Notes: generated by a model from the sequence alone, not told the origin. A DNA stretch of 38,409 nucleotides from an uncultured Candidatus Saccharibacteria bacterium (GCA_964359745.1 CAYHTR010000002.1:1-38409), one strand, 5' to 3'. Shown: positions 9,334 to 17,597, counted from the stretch's first letter. Translations and numbers: made by a program.

Positions 9334-10008
9334 ATGACGCAAATAAAACGATTAATTGAGCTTATAGTCAATTTTTACGCTAAGTTAAATAATTTTAGTT
9401 TTCCAAATAAATTTACTTGGAAATGGAAGCTAGAAATGCTTTTTCATAATTACGAAAAAGAAACTACAGAATTATTTAAAAAAATCATAAAACCAGGAAT
9501 GACAGTTATTGATATTGGCGCACACATTGGATATTTTACTCGCCTATTTTCCAAACTTGTTGGTGAAAAAGGCAAAGTGTTTGCTTTTGAAGCTGACCCT
9601 ATTAATTTTAGTTTTTTAAAAAGAAATACTTTTCATTTGACTAATACCATTATCATAAATAAAGCTGTGTCAGAACAAAATGGAGAAATTAGTTTTTATC
9701 ATATTCCAGACAGCACTGGTTGTCATAGCGTCATAAAACCAAATAGACCAGCGGAAAAAATAACCATTCCAGCTGTAACTGTTGATTCAATAATAACAGA
9801 ATATAATCTAATCAAAATAGATGTAATAAAAATGGATATAGAAGGGGGAGAATTGCTAGCACTCGCTGGGATGCAAAATCTTCTTAATAAAAGCTCTGGA
9901 ATAACAATAATAACAGAATATAATTCTCTAGCATTAGATAAACTTGAAGCATGTTGTTTTAAGCTTTCCAAAATACCGAATAGTATAAATGTATTAGCAA
10001 AAAAATGA
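9334..10008 (+). CDS. FkbM family methyltransferase
   Basis: 224 aa. VIDIGAHIGYFT, FAFEADP and IKMDIEGGE are characteristic of the FkbM/Methyltransf_21 family. Confidence 0.7.
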   Translation: MTQIKRLIELIVNFYAKLNNFSFPNKFTWKWKLEMLFHNYEKETTELFKKIIKPGMTVIDIGAHIGYFTRLFSKLVGEKGKVFAFEADPINFSFLKRNTFHLTNTIIINKAVSEQNGEISFYHIPDSTGCHSVIKPNRPAEKITIPAVTVDSIITEYNLIKIDVIKMDIEGGELLALAGMQNLLNKSSGITIITEYNSLALDKLEACCFKLSKIPNSINVLAKK

Positions 10009-10009
10009 A

Positions 10010-11227
10010 ATGACCAACAATAAACGCATCTTAATCGTGGCTCCATACGGTTTTAATGACAGAATGACAAATTATATAGAATTCGTCAGTGGTCGACTTT
10101 TAGCTAAAAATGGCTGGTCTGTAATAGCAATTACTAGAGCCGAAAATAATAAAAACTCCATAAATAATACTTGTGGAATAAATGTCTATCGTTATAAAAA
10201 TATCTTATTTGGAATAATAGATTTATTAAATATTCTTCTCCTTTTTAGGCCCAAAATAATTCATATTCATAATTTAAGAAATAATCGACTTGGTATTATT
10301 ACAGCTATTTTTGCTCGCATTTTTTTTATTCATTATGTATTTACCGAATATGGCCTTTTGCACGACCATTATCTTACTGATGACAGAGAAGATCCTTTAA
10401 ATAATACAATTCATACCGAACGAGTTATTTGCAACATAACTCAACTTATTAAAAAAATAATAAAGAAACCAAAAATTTTTAAGTATTATATATCAAGCTA
10501 TATATTTCACTGGCCAATTACTCATGCAAATTCAATAGTTTTCGTATCAAAACATAATATTCTAATCGCAAAAGAATTAAAATTGCCACCCAGTATTTAT
10601 TTGCCTTATATAATTGATAATTACAGATGGACAGCAATTGATTCATCTGGAAAAGAAATTCTAGAAAAAATAAAAAACTTAACTGGCGTTAATGTATTGT
10701 TTATCGGCCAAATGAAATTAAGAAAAGGCTGGGATATACTTTTGAAAGCGATACCTTCTATACCAGTTGATGTTATAGAAAAATTTATTATAAAAACTTC
10801 AACAACGGGCAATGAAAGCGATGAATATAGTAATGTAGTGGATTCTTTGGGGATTAGGGAAAGAATAGTTTATTTAGATAAATTTTTCAGCAATGATATA
10901 CTAAAAAAAGTATACGAAGTTAGTACATTTGTGGTAGTACCATCTCGTTATGAAGGTTTTGGATTAGTGCCTCTTGAAGCATTTGAAATGAATAAACCAG
11001 TTATCGCAAGTCGAGTTAATGCACTTACTGATTTTCTCACTGATAATGAAAATTGCCTTTTAGTTCCATCAAAAGATCCCCAAAAACTAGCTGAAACAAT
11101 TATAAAAATAGCAAAAGATATGGAATTGCAAAAAAAGCTTATAAAAGGAGGAAATGATACACTTAATAGATTAAAATCAAAAGAATATGAACAAAAATGG
11201 TTGGAATATTATAATCAAAAAGTTTAA
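10010..11227 (+). CDS. glycosyltransferase family 4 (GT-B fold)
   Basis: 405 aa. The C-terminal domain has PSRYEGFGLVPLEAFEMNKPVIAS (the E-x7-E motif of GT4). Confidence 0.85.
   Translation: MTNNKRILIVAPYGFNDRMTNYIEFVSGRLLAKNGWSVIAITRAENNKNSINNTCGINVYRYKNILFGIIDLLNILLLFRPKIIHIHNLRNNRLGIITAIFARIFFIHYVFTEYGLLHDHYLTDDREDPLNNTIHTERVICNITQLIKKIIKKPKIFKYYISSYIFHWPITHANSIVFVSKHNILIAKELKLPPSIYLPYIIDNYRWTAIDSSGKEILEKIKNLTGVNVLFIGQMKLRKGWDILLKAIPSIPVDVIEKFIIKTSTTGNESDEYSNVVDSLGIRERIVYLDKFFSNDILKKVYEVSTFVVVPSRYEGFGLVPLEAFEMNKPVIASRVNALTDFLTDNENCLLVPSKDPQKLAETIIKIAKDMELQKKLIKGGNDTLNRLKSKEYEQKWLEYYNQKV
11170..11215 (+). repeat. 46-nt direct repeat, copy 1 (3' end of the GT4 gene)
   Basis: ATTAAAATCAAAAGAATATGAACAAAAATGGTTGGAATATTATAAT, identical to the copy at about 11986-12031. 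Contains the ATG at 11187. Confidence 0.9.
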
Positions 11228-11234
11228 AACCCTA

Positions 11235-11990
11235 ATGTCTTTTGATCTTGTATGGGCATTTATATACTATAAAAAGAAAATAAAACTATACAGCCATTAT
11301 TTCATTTCAAAAATAGTTCAAAGAAAATTTTGGGTGGCTGATATTAGGGGATTAAAAATAAAACTTGGTTTTAATAATTATTACCAACACCATATTGCAA
11401 GAAATATCGCTCATAATGGAAACGAAACAGAAATGTTAAACATTTGGCGAGAAGCTTCAAGAAATAAACATATAGTGGTTGATTTGGGTGGATATAATGG
11501 AATTTTTGGTATTATTTCCGCCTTAGCTAATTCAGAATCAAAAGTATATATTTTTGAACCAGATTCGATAAATTGCGAACAAATAAGAAAAAATATATCT
11601 CTAAACAAATTATCAAATGTTGAACTAGTTGAATCTGCTGTAGCTGATAAAAACGGCACTGTATATTTTGATAGACATATCGGTGGTACTGGAGGAAAAA
11701 TCTCAAAAGAAGGATTTGAAGTTCCTTGTATTACTTTAGATACATTTTTTAAAAACAAAAATAATCCTACATTAATGAAGGTAGACATTGAAGGTGCAGA
11801 ACAAAGAATGTTTGAAGGTGCAGAACAAATTATTAAATCAAAACCTGAAATATTGCTTGAGGCACACTGGGCATTTTTAGCACGCTATGGAGACGATATT
11901 AAGAGTCTACTTGGTATAATTAAAGAATTCGGTTACAAAACACTCTGGTTAGATGAAACGAATGTGGCAAATCATTATTGGTTAAATTAA
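11235..11990 (+). CDS. FkbM family methyltransferase (second paralog)
   Basis: ORF 11187-11990. The conserved body starts around the ATG at 11235 (MSFDL...). Motifs: VVDLGGYNGIFG, IFEPD, MKVDIEGAE. The upstream in-frame ATG at 11187 lies in the duplicated segment and would add MNKNGWNIIIKKFKTL. Confidence 0.7.
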   Translation: MSFDLVWAFIYYKKKIKLYSHYFISKIVQRKFWVADIRGLKIKLGFNNYYQHHIARNIAHNGNETEMLNIWREASRNKHIVVDLGGYNGIFGIISALANSESKVYIFEPDSINCEQIRKNISLNKLSNVELVESAVADKNGTVYFDRHIGGTGGKISKEGFEVPCITLDTFFKNKNNPTLMKVDIEGAEQRMFEGAEQIIKSKPEILLEAHWAFLARYGDDIKSLLGIIKEFGYKTLWLDETNVANHYWLN

Positions 11991-12031
11991 AATCAAAAGA
12001 ATATGAACAAAAATGGTTGGAATATTATAAT
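11986..12031 (+). repeat. 46-nt direct repeat, copy 2 (spans the FkbM stop and the start of the polytopic gene)
   Basis: Identical to the copy at 11170-11215. Contains the ATG at 12003. Confidence 0.9.
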
Positions 12032-13748
12032 TCTCTCACTAGCGATACTTGTCGGTAGCATAAGTGTCGCGCCACATCTTTTAGCGGTACAAAGTGTTGG
12101 TACCGAATACAAAGAAATCCCCTTTCTTTATTTAAATAATGAATTCGGCTATGTAGCGCGAATTCAAGAAATTTCTGATGGGCATGGTCTTATCGGGTCA
12201 GCCAATTTTTTTGAATATAAAAATATTATTCCGATTGTGCCTCCTTTTGGCGAATATGCTTATTATATATTACATATATTAACTGGATTATCAGTACTAA
12301 ATACTGTTATATTGGCAAAATTTCTTTTTCCAGCAATACTTTTTATTCTAGTTTATTTATTTGTTTCAAAATTATTAAAAACCACGCTGGATTATGTAAA
12401 AAAAATAAGTGCCATCACGGCTGGAATATTTATTACGCTAGGGTATGACTTGATAGATTTTAGAACTGTATTATCGCGTTTCATGACTGACGACTATAAT
12501 ACATATTTATCTCTCTGGACCAGACCAGTAAACCCTATAATCGGCGGACTTTTTTTATTTTCCTTTCTTATTTTAGTATTAAATATAATTGAAAATAAAA
12601 ATCGCAAAATAAGTGCTATATTTGCCGGTTTAATACTTGCTTTAACTGCCAGTTATTTTTTTTCTTTTGCTTTGGCTTGGATTATTCTTTTTTTACTCGT
12701 ATTAAGATATTTATGGAAACGTGATTATTTTGTAGTTAAAGCGTTTTCAATATCGGCTCTTATCGCCATAATAATAGATTCTTTTTATTGGCTAAACTCA
12801 TTAAAAAGTGTAGTTGGAGATGCAATAGATGTGGCCAATCGCAGTGGGCTTCTTCATTTTCACACCCCAATTTTGAACAAAGTTTTAATCATGGCAACTT
12901 TAATTTTCATCGCACTAGTGTGGAAAAATATCAGAAATAATAAAAATGAAACAATGTGGTTTTGCGGAATTATGCTTGCATCTGGATTTATTGCCTTTAA
13001 TCAACAAATTATTACTGGCGTGACTATCTGGCCATATCATTTTGTTCAATATACAATCCCTTTTTCGATAATCGCCATTATAGTAATGTGTGGAAATATT
13101 TTTGGTCAAAAGTATCAAAAAGTTTATAAAATATCTTGTATCAGCACTACACTATTCATAATAATATTCGCTTTATGGAATATATCTTCTTATAAAAACT
13201 CATTGGAAGATTTCCGAAATAGACAACCAATCGATCAACTATTTTCTTGGCTTAATAATAATGCCGAAAAAGATTGTGTGGTGCTTGTAGACGAAAAAAA
13301 TGAAGTCATAAATGAAATGATACCCGCTACGACACACTGCAATGTTTATCGTTCGCTTGATGTTAATAGTGGAGTGCCAGAAGAAAGAACTATGTGGAGC
13401 TATCTAATAAAGCTCAAACTGGGACAAAGTTTAACCTTGTCTGAAATTGATTCATATCTTAACTTACATAAAACCGAGGTTACTTCATATTTTTTTACTG
13501 ATTGGGATAATGCTTTTGGTAAAAAAACCAACCCTGAGCTTGAAAATATTATCAAAAAAATATCCGAGCAATATAAATTATTTATAAAAAAAGATTTCGC
13601 CACAGGATTATCACAATATAAATTGGATTATATAATCACAACAAATCCTAATTCGCAAATAATAAAAGAATTAACTCCACATCTTGAATTTATTTTGCAA
13701 TCTCATAATAATAAAGAGACTTTCTCACTATATAGATTTAAAAAATAA
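12003..13748 (+). CDS. large polytopic membrane protein with C-terminal soluble domain (uncharacterised, GT-C-like topology)
   Basis: 581 aa. About 11 hydrophobic segments in the first ~400 residues. The first loop motif EFGYVARIQEISDGHGLIG is shared with the ORF at 26189-27925. Confidence 0.6.
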   Translation: MNKNGWNIIILSLAILVGSISVAPHLLAVQSVGTEYKEIPFLYLNNEFGYVARIQEISDGHGLIGSANFFEYKNIIPIVPPFGEYAYYILHILTGLSVLNTVILAKFLFPAILFILVYLFVSKLLKTTLDYVKKISAITAGIFITLGYDLIDFRTVLSRFMTDDYNTYLSLWTRPVNPIIGGLFLFSFLILVLNIIENKNRKISAIFAGLILALTASYFFSFALAWIILFLLVLRYLWKRDYFVVKAFSISALIAIIIDSFYWLNSLKSVVGDAIDVANRSGLLHFHTPILNKVLIMATLIFIALVWKNIRNNKNETMWFCGIMLASGFIAFNQQIITGVTIWPYHFVQYTIPFSIIAIIVMCGNIFGQKYQKVYKISCISTTLFIIIFALWNISSYKNSLEDFRNRQPIDQLFSWLNNNAEKDCVVLVDEKNEVINEMIPATTHCNVYRSLDVNSGVPEERTMWSYLIKLKLGQSLTLSEIDSYLNLHKTEVTSYFFTDWDNAFGKKTNPELENIIKKISEQYKLFIKKDFATGLSQYKLDYIITTNPNSQIIKELTPHLEFILQSHNNKETFSLYRFKK

Positions 13749-13753
13749 AAAGA

Positions 13754-13780
13754 AAAACCAAACACTCGGTGTTTGGTTTT
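13754..13780. terminator. hairpin terminator between convergent genes
   Basis: 11-bp stem AAAACCAAACA / TGTTTGGTTTT with a short loop (CTCGG). Flanked by an A-run on the left, and the right arm ends in a T-run, so it could work in both directions. Confidence 0.65.
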
Positions 13781-13799
13781 GAGATTTGTGTGTTCTAAT

Positions 13800-14366
13800 T
13801 CAGTTTTTTCCCAATGCTAGAAAAAGAATACGACAGAGCAATTCCCGTAAGAGCATAAAGCACATATGGATATTTCCTCCACGACATACCCAATGCACCA
13901 GTTTAGAATGTTCATATCCTTTCTGTGGAACCCAAGCTGGCATCGCATCAAGACCTAAGCGTTGATAGGTCCAAACAGCCCGCCCCATATGGTATGGATA
14001 TGCAACCACAATGACTCGCTTCCATCCCTTCTTTCTGCAAAAAAGTGCTTGCTCTTTTGCAACAGAATAAGTGTTTACTGTAGCACTTGACCGACCATCA
14101 GAAGAACTTTTGACTATCAAATCACAATGCAATTCAGGCAATGCGATTGATATTTCTTCCTGTACTAAAAGTGGTAGAGATAATCTTTTCTGAAGTGTCT
14201 CTGCCACTCGCGCCAAAATTTCATTTCCAGGCCCAGCACCACCATCAGACAGACGACTGAAAGCTTGAGTTGCAATGCAATCAGCAGTATTGAGTTCATT
14301 CTCTGTGGCTGGTAAGACGTGCCACGAGAAAAAACAGTTAAATAACCGTCTTAGAAAAAGGCACAT
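13800..14366 (-). CDS. DUF218 (YdcF/SanA/ElyC-like) domain protein, tentative
   Basis: 188 aa. The segment SSATVNTYSVAKEQALFCRKKGWKRVIVVAYPYHMGRAVWTYQRLGL resembles the DUF218 core (nT.eN...ilVT..yHm.Ra). A strong SD (AAGGAGG) lies 5 nt upstream of the ATG. Sample line is about 48% GC. Confidence 0.5.
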   Translation of the reverse strand: MCLFLRRLFNCFFSWHVLPATENELNTADCIATQAFSRLSDGGAGPGNEILARVAETLQKRLSLPLLVQEEISIALPELHCDLIVKSSSDGRSSATVNTYSVAKEQALFCRKKGWKRVIVVAYPYHMGRAVWTYQRLGLDAMPAWVPQKGYEHSKLVHWVCRGGNIHMCFMLLRELLCRILFLALGKN

Positions 14367-14484
14367 TTGGCCTCCTTTTTTTTAATTGTTTACAAACAAC
14401 TCCACAACTAACCCGAATTACAATATACTATTATATTTAATCTTAGTCAATAGTTGTGTACATTACGGTCTTATTCTTTCAATA

Positions 14485-15555
14485 CTATTTTTTTGTTTCT
14501 CCACTTACCGAATATGTTTTTGCAGAAAAAATATACTGTTCAATAAATATTTTTTTAAATGGAATAATAGAATTTAATTCATAGAATGCCAAAATCGCTT
14601 CTCTATAGCTATTTTCATCGACACTTCTGTATGAAAGAGGTGCGTATTCATATGCAAGTAATATAGCATTAGCTATCAAGCGAGATGTTCTTTTGTTTCC
14701 ATCTTCAAATGGTTGAATATAACTAATACCTAATAGAGCAATCATAGCTTTTACATAAGGTGAAGTAATCATATTAACAACATCACACAAGGATATAGTA
14801 GCTTCTTTTATTTGATGAATATTATCAAGTGGTCTATATGACGAACCTGTAACTCCTACAGCTTTTTCACGCAAACCATAATTAATGTTGAAATCCTTAA
14901 TCAAAATTTTATGAACTTTTTCAAGATTAGCAAGATTTAATTCTTTAAATAAATTGAAATTTTCTCGTATAAATTTAAAGGCCTCCTTGTGATTCAATAT
15001 CATTTTTGCTTCATTTATATCATGTCCCACGGCTTCAATACCCCTACTTATAAGTTTTTCTGTATCAAGTAAAGTATATGTATTCCCTTCAATTTTTGAG
15101 GACTTCCATGATAATTCAATTATAAATCTTTCTAATTCTTTTTCTTCAAGAGTTTTTGAAATTAAATGTATATTTTTCTTATATACCTCTGTAACTTCAT
15201 CGAGTTCTTGAATTTCAGAATCTGAAAATAGCTCATTGGAAATAGAATTAAATAATTCAAAATTAAAACTTTTTAGACCATATCGCTTATCGGGATCGAT
15301 AGTGGAATACTCCTTTGCGTTAATATCTACAAACAAGCGTCCATATGAACTTACTGAATATTTTACTGAACGACCAGCGCCTAAAATTTTTAATAGACCT
15401 AAGTTTTTCAGCTCTCCTAATTCACGTTTGACAGTAATAAGAGAAACATCATTACCAAGTTTTGATAATTCATCATGAATTTCGGAAGAAGCGAGATTTT
15501 CATTTTTTAAGAAAATATTTAATATAATCTGTTGATTTTGAGCAATTTTTATCAT
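14485..15555 (-). CDS. Fic/Fido domain protein with N-terminal winged-helix DNA-binding domain and a non-canonical active-site motif
   Basis: ORF 14485-15588 opens with TTG; the first ATG is at 15555 (MIKIAQNQ). HTH-like LASSEIHDELSKLGNDVSLITVKRELGELKNLGLL. Alpha-inh-like motif SSKIEGN. The Fic motif reads IQPFEDGNKRTSR (codon CAA checked in the DNA) where HPFxDGNGRxxR is expected. Confidence 0.8.
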   Translation of the reverse strand: MIKIAQNQQIILNIFLKNENLASSEIHDELSKLGNDVSLITVKRELGELKNLGLLKILGAGRSVKYSVSSYGRLFVDINAKEYSTIDPDKRYGLKSFNFELFNSISNELFSDSEIQELDEVTEVYKKNIHLISKTLEEKELERFIIELSWKSSKIEGNTYTLLDTEKLISRGIEAVGHDINEAKMILNHKEAFKFIRENFNLFKELNLANLEKVHKILIKDFNINYGLREKAVGVTGSSYRPLDNIHQIKEATISLCDVVNMITSPYVKAMIALLGISYIQPFEDGNKRTSRLIANAILLAYEYAPLSYRSVDENSYREAILAFYELNSIIPFKKIFIEQYIFSAKTYSVSGETKK

Positions 15556-15600
15556 AATCGTATCATTTAATATACCTAATCGTATCAAAATGATACGATT
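15556..15600 (-). promoter_or_regulatory. three copies of a 10-nt half-site (TGATACGATT / AATCGTATCA): one perfect palindrome plus one direct copy abutting the Fic start codon; candidate operator
   Basis: On the plus strand, AATCGTATCA sits at 15556-15565 and 15578-15587, and its reverse complement TGATACGATT at 15591-15600 (3-nt spacer). The two same-orientation copies are 22 nt apart. Confidence 0.5.
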
Positions 15601-15611
15601 ATTGCAATCAA

Positions 15612-16283
15612 TTATTTTTGCCAGGCGCTGAAATCTTTAAAAAATTGCTCAACCGCTTCGGTGGTTTTGAAATGCTCAACCATTGATAGAAAAAACTTTG
15701 GCGGAACAGTTACAATGTGTCCACCTGCATTAAACGCATCTCTAATATCGTCTACACCTCTTATAGAACCAACAATAATCTCTGCTTTTGATTTTCCTTC
15801 ATTTAAAAGTTTGCGAGTCATTGAAACCACATCTTGTGGATTATCAATAGCACCATCTCTGATTCTACACCAAAATAAACTGACATATTTTGCACCAGCA
15901 TTAGCTGCTAAAAGTGCTTGAGTAACATTCATACAAGCTGTACAATTAACTGAAATGCCCGCTTTTGACAATTTACTTATTGCCTCAAGCTCATTCCAGC
16001 CAATTTGAACCTTAATGCTAAGATTTTTATACTTAAAAATCTTTTTGAAATGCTTTGCTTGTTCAATAATTTCTTTAGCATCACGAGAAAAAACCTCAAC
16101 ACTCAAACTTTTATTCCCGCCGTATTTATTAAGCAAAGCCACAATTTTTTTTATATGTTTTTCAAATCCACTTTTTGGTTCTTTTGCCAAAAGTGAAGGA
16201 TTCGTTGTTACACCAGAAATAAAACCCCTTTTTAGGGCGTTTTCTATTTCTGTTAAATTAGCGCTATCTATAAATATTTTCAT
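15612..16283 (-). CDS. tal: transaldolase / fructose-6-phosphate aldolase family (short, subfamily 3B type)
   Basis: 223 aa. MKIFIDSANLTEIE...GVTTNPSLL, Schiff-base lysine region LSIKVQ, and AGAKYVSLFWCRIRD. Confidence 0.85.
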   Translation of the reverse strand: MKIFIDSANLTEIENALKRGFISGVTTNPSLLAKEPKSGFEKHIKKIVALLNKYGGNKSLSVEVFSRDAKEIIEQAKHFKKIFKYKNLSIKVQIGWNELEAISKLSKAGISVNCTACMNVTQALLAANAGAKYVSLFWCRIRDGAIDNPQDVVSMTRKLLNEGKSKAEIIVGSIRGVDDIRDAFNAGGHIVTVPPKFFLSMVEHFKTTEAVEQFFKDFSAWQK

Positions 16284-16897
16284 TTTTTACTCGCTTTAGC
16301 TATTTTTTCTTTTAAACAAAAAGTAATGAGGTGAAATAACACAACATGAAATGATTCCACAAGGGGTGTTGAATCCACCGGCACAACAACGGAAACATTA
16401 GACATCTTTTTCATCGCCCCACCATCAAAACCAGAAATTCCTATGGCTGTCCCACCATTATCTTTTGCAAATTGCAACGCTTTCAAAAGATTCTGCGACC
16501 ATGCTCCCGCTTTATCTTTACCGGCTCCTCCGTGAACACTAAAAGCGATTACTACACTTCCTTTGCTCCAGTAAGTATTAAGTATGCCAGTATAGGCCTC
16601 ATGCCAACCCCAATCATTGGTAGCAGCACTTATCATTGGAATATTATCAGCCAACGCAATAGCACGGATACCTCTTTCATGAGGGTGTTCAATTGTGGTT
16701 TTTATTAAATCTCCTACAAAATGGGTAGCTGTTCCTGCTGAACCGCCATTACCAACGACAAAAACCCATTTGCCTTTTTTCCATGCGTCAAAGAGTGTGT
16801 CCACCACCTTAATAATCGCCTTTTCCTGCAATTTAAGTTTACCTATTACAACTTGAGAGTCCTTCCAGTATTTGTTCACGAATTTTTTTTCAAACAT
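16280..16897 (-). CDS. gmhA: D-sedoheptulose-7-phosphate isomerase (SIS domain, GmhA-like)
   Basis: ORF 16280-17029. The likely start is the ATG at 16897 (MFEKKF), because the longer form overlaps the upstream Nudix gene. SIS motif VVGNGGSAGTATHFVGDL. ATGA overlap with tal. Confidence 0.8.
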   Translation of the reverse strand: MFEKKFVNKYWKDSQVVIGKLKLQEKAIIKVVDTLFDAWKKGKWVFVVGNGGSAGTATHFVGDLIKTTIEHPHERGIRAIALADNIPMISAATNDWGWHEAYTGILNTYWSKGSVVIAFSVHGGAGKDKAGAWSQNLLKALQFAKDNGGTAIGISGFDGGAMKKMSNVSVVVPVDSTPLVESFHVVLFHLITFCLKEKIAKASKK

Positions 16898-16949
16898 CAA
16901 AATATTGTATACCTTTAATAACCAGTATGCAAACAATAAAAAAACCGCC

Positions 16950-17531
16950 CTAAAAAAGAGCGGGTGATACTTCGTAAGTAAAATGAGCAAAGATTCCAGC
17001 GAGTGTTGCAATATCTTTAATTTCTCCATTTTTTATTTTTTGAAGAACTTCCTGTGGAGTAAGAATAATGACATCAACTCCTTGTTTTTCGTCTTGTTTT
17101 CTGATTTCAGATGTAGGCACACAATCAAAAGCTAAGAATAAATGACATCTGTTTTCGATGCGGTCATTTTGAGTGAAAAAACCAAATTTATTAATACGAA
17201 TTAATCGTCCAGGTTTATATCCAGTTTCTGCAATCATTTCTTCTAATACCTGTTCTTCTGGTATTATTCCATCAGGACATCCGCCCGCGATTAATTCTAT
17301 ACTCATCTCAGATACAGGCCGACATTGACGCACAAAAAGAAATCTACCATTGGAAAGTCGGGAACAAACAGCGACATATCCGTTTCCGAAAATCTTAACT
17401 AAAAGAAAATCGGTAATCGTATTACCATTATCGAAATGTACATCAGACAGTGAGACTTTTGCCCATTCGTCTATATGTAACACTTTGGTTTCTTCAATCC
17501 TTCTGGTTAAAGCAACTTTTTTTACTTTCAT
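16950..17531 (-). CDS. Nudix-fold hydrolase with a divergent Nudix box
   Basis: 193 aa. GGCPDGIIPEEQVLEEMIAETGY aligns to GGx..GE.peeaa.RELxEEtG, but Arg and the first Glu of REx2EE are replaced (E and A). A strong SD (AGGAGGAG) lies upstream of the ATG at 17531. Confidence 0.55.
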   Translation of the reverse strand: MKVKKVALTRRIEETKVLHIDEWAKVSLSDVHFDNGNTITDFLLVKIFGNGYVAVCSRLSNGRFLFVRQCRPVSEMSIELIAGGCPDGIIPEEQVLEEMIAETGYKPGRLIRINKFGFFTQNDRIENRCHLFLAFDCVPTSEIRKQDEKQGVDVIILTPQEVLQKIKNGEIKDIATLAGIFAHFTYEVSPALF

Positions 17532-17597
17532 TATTTTTACTCCTCCTGTTTATCAATTTTCATAAATATTACCTTTGTTTAAAGTAACAATTATTTT

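Noticed and set aside
14386-14577. 63-aa ORF in the gap between the DUF218-like and Fic genes
   Set aside because: It is low-complexity and hydrophobic, overlaps the Fic 3' end, has no SD or promoter-like context, and is typical of random ORFs in AT-rich spacers.
15556-15588. Longer Fic ORF starting at 15588, and similarly a longer Dpm1-like ORF starting at 29527
   Set aside because: Both track starts are TTG codons on inspection. In-frame ATGs at 15555 and 29485 give N-termini that match family expectations. The 15556-15588 segment is better explained as operator/promoter DNA.
16940-16975. Possible attenuator/terminator (CCGC...GCGG followed by T7) between the Nudix gene and gmhA
   Set aside because: The stem is only about 4 bp with a large loop, too weak to call. 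The T-run is common background in this composition.
16898-17029. Hydrophobic N-terminal extension of the gmhA ORF, which would make it membrane-anchored
   Set aside because: The extension overlaps the 3' end of the Nudix gene by 80 nt. An internal ATG at 16897 gives a protein of normal GmhA length that starts just before the conserved SIS region.
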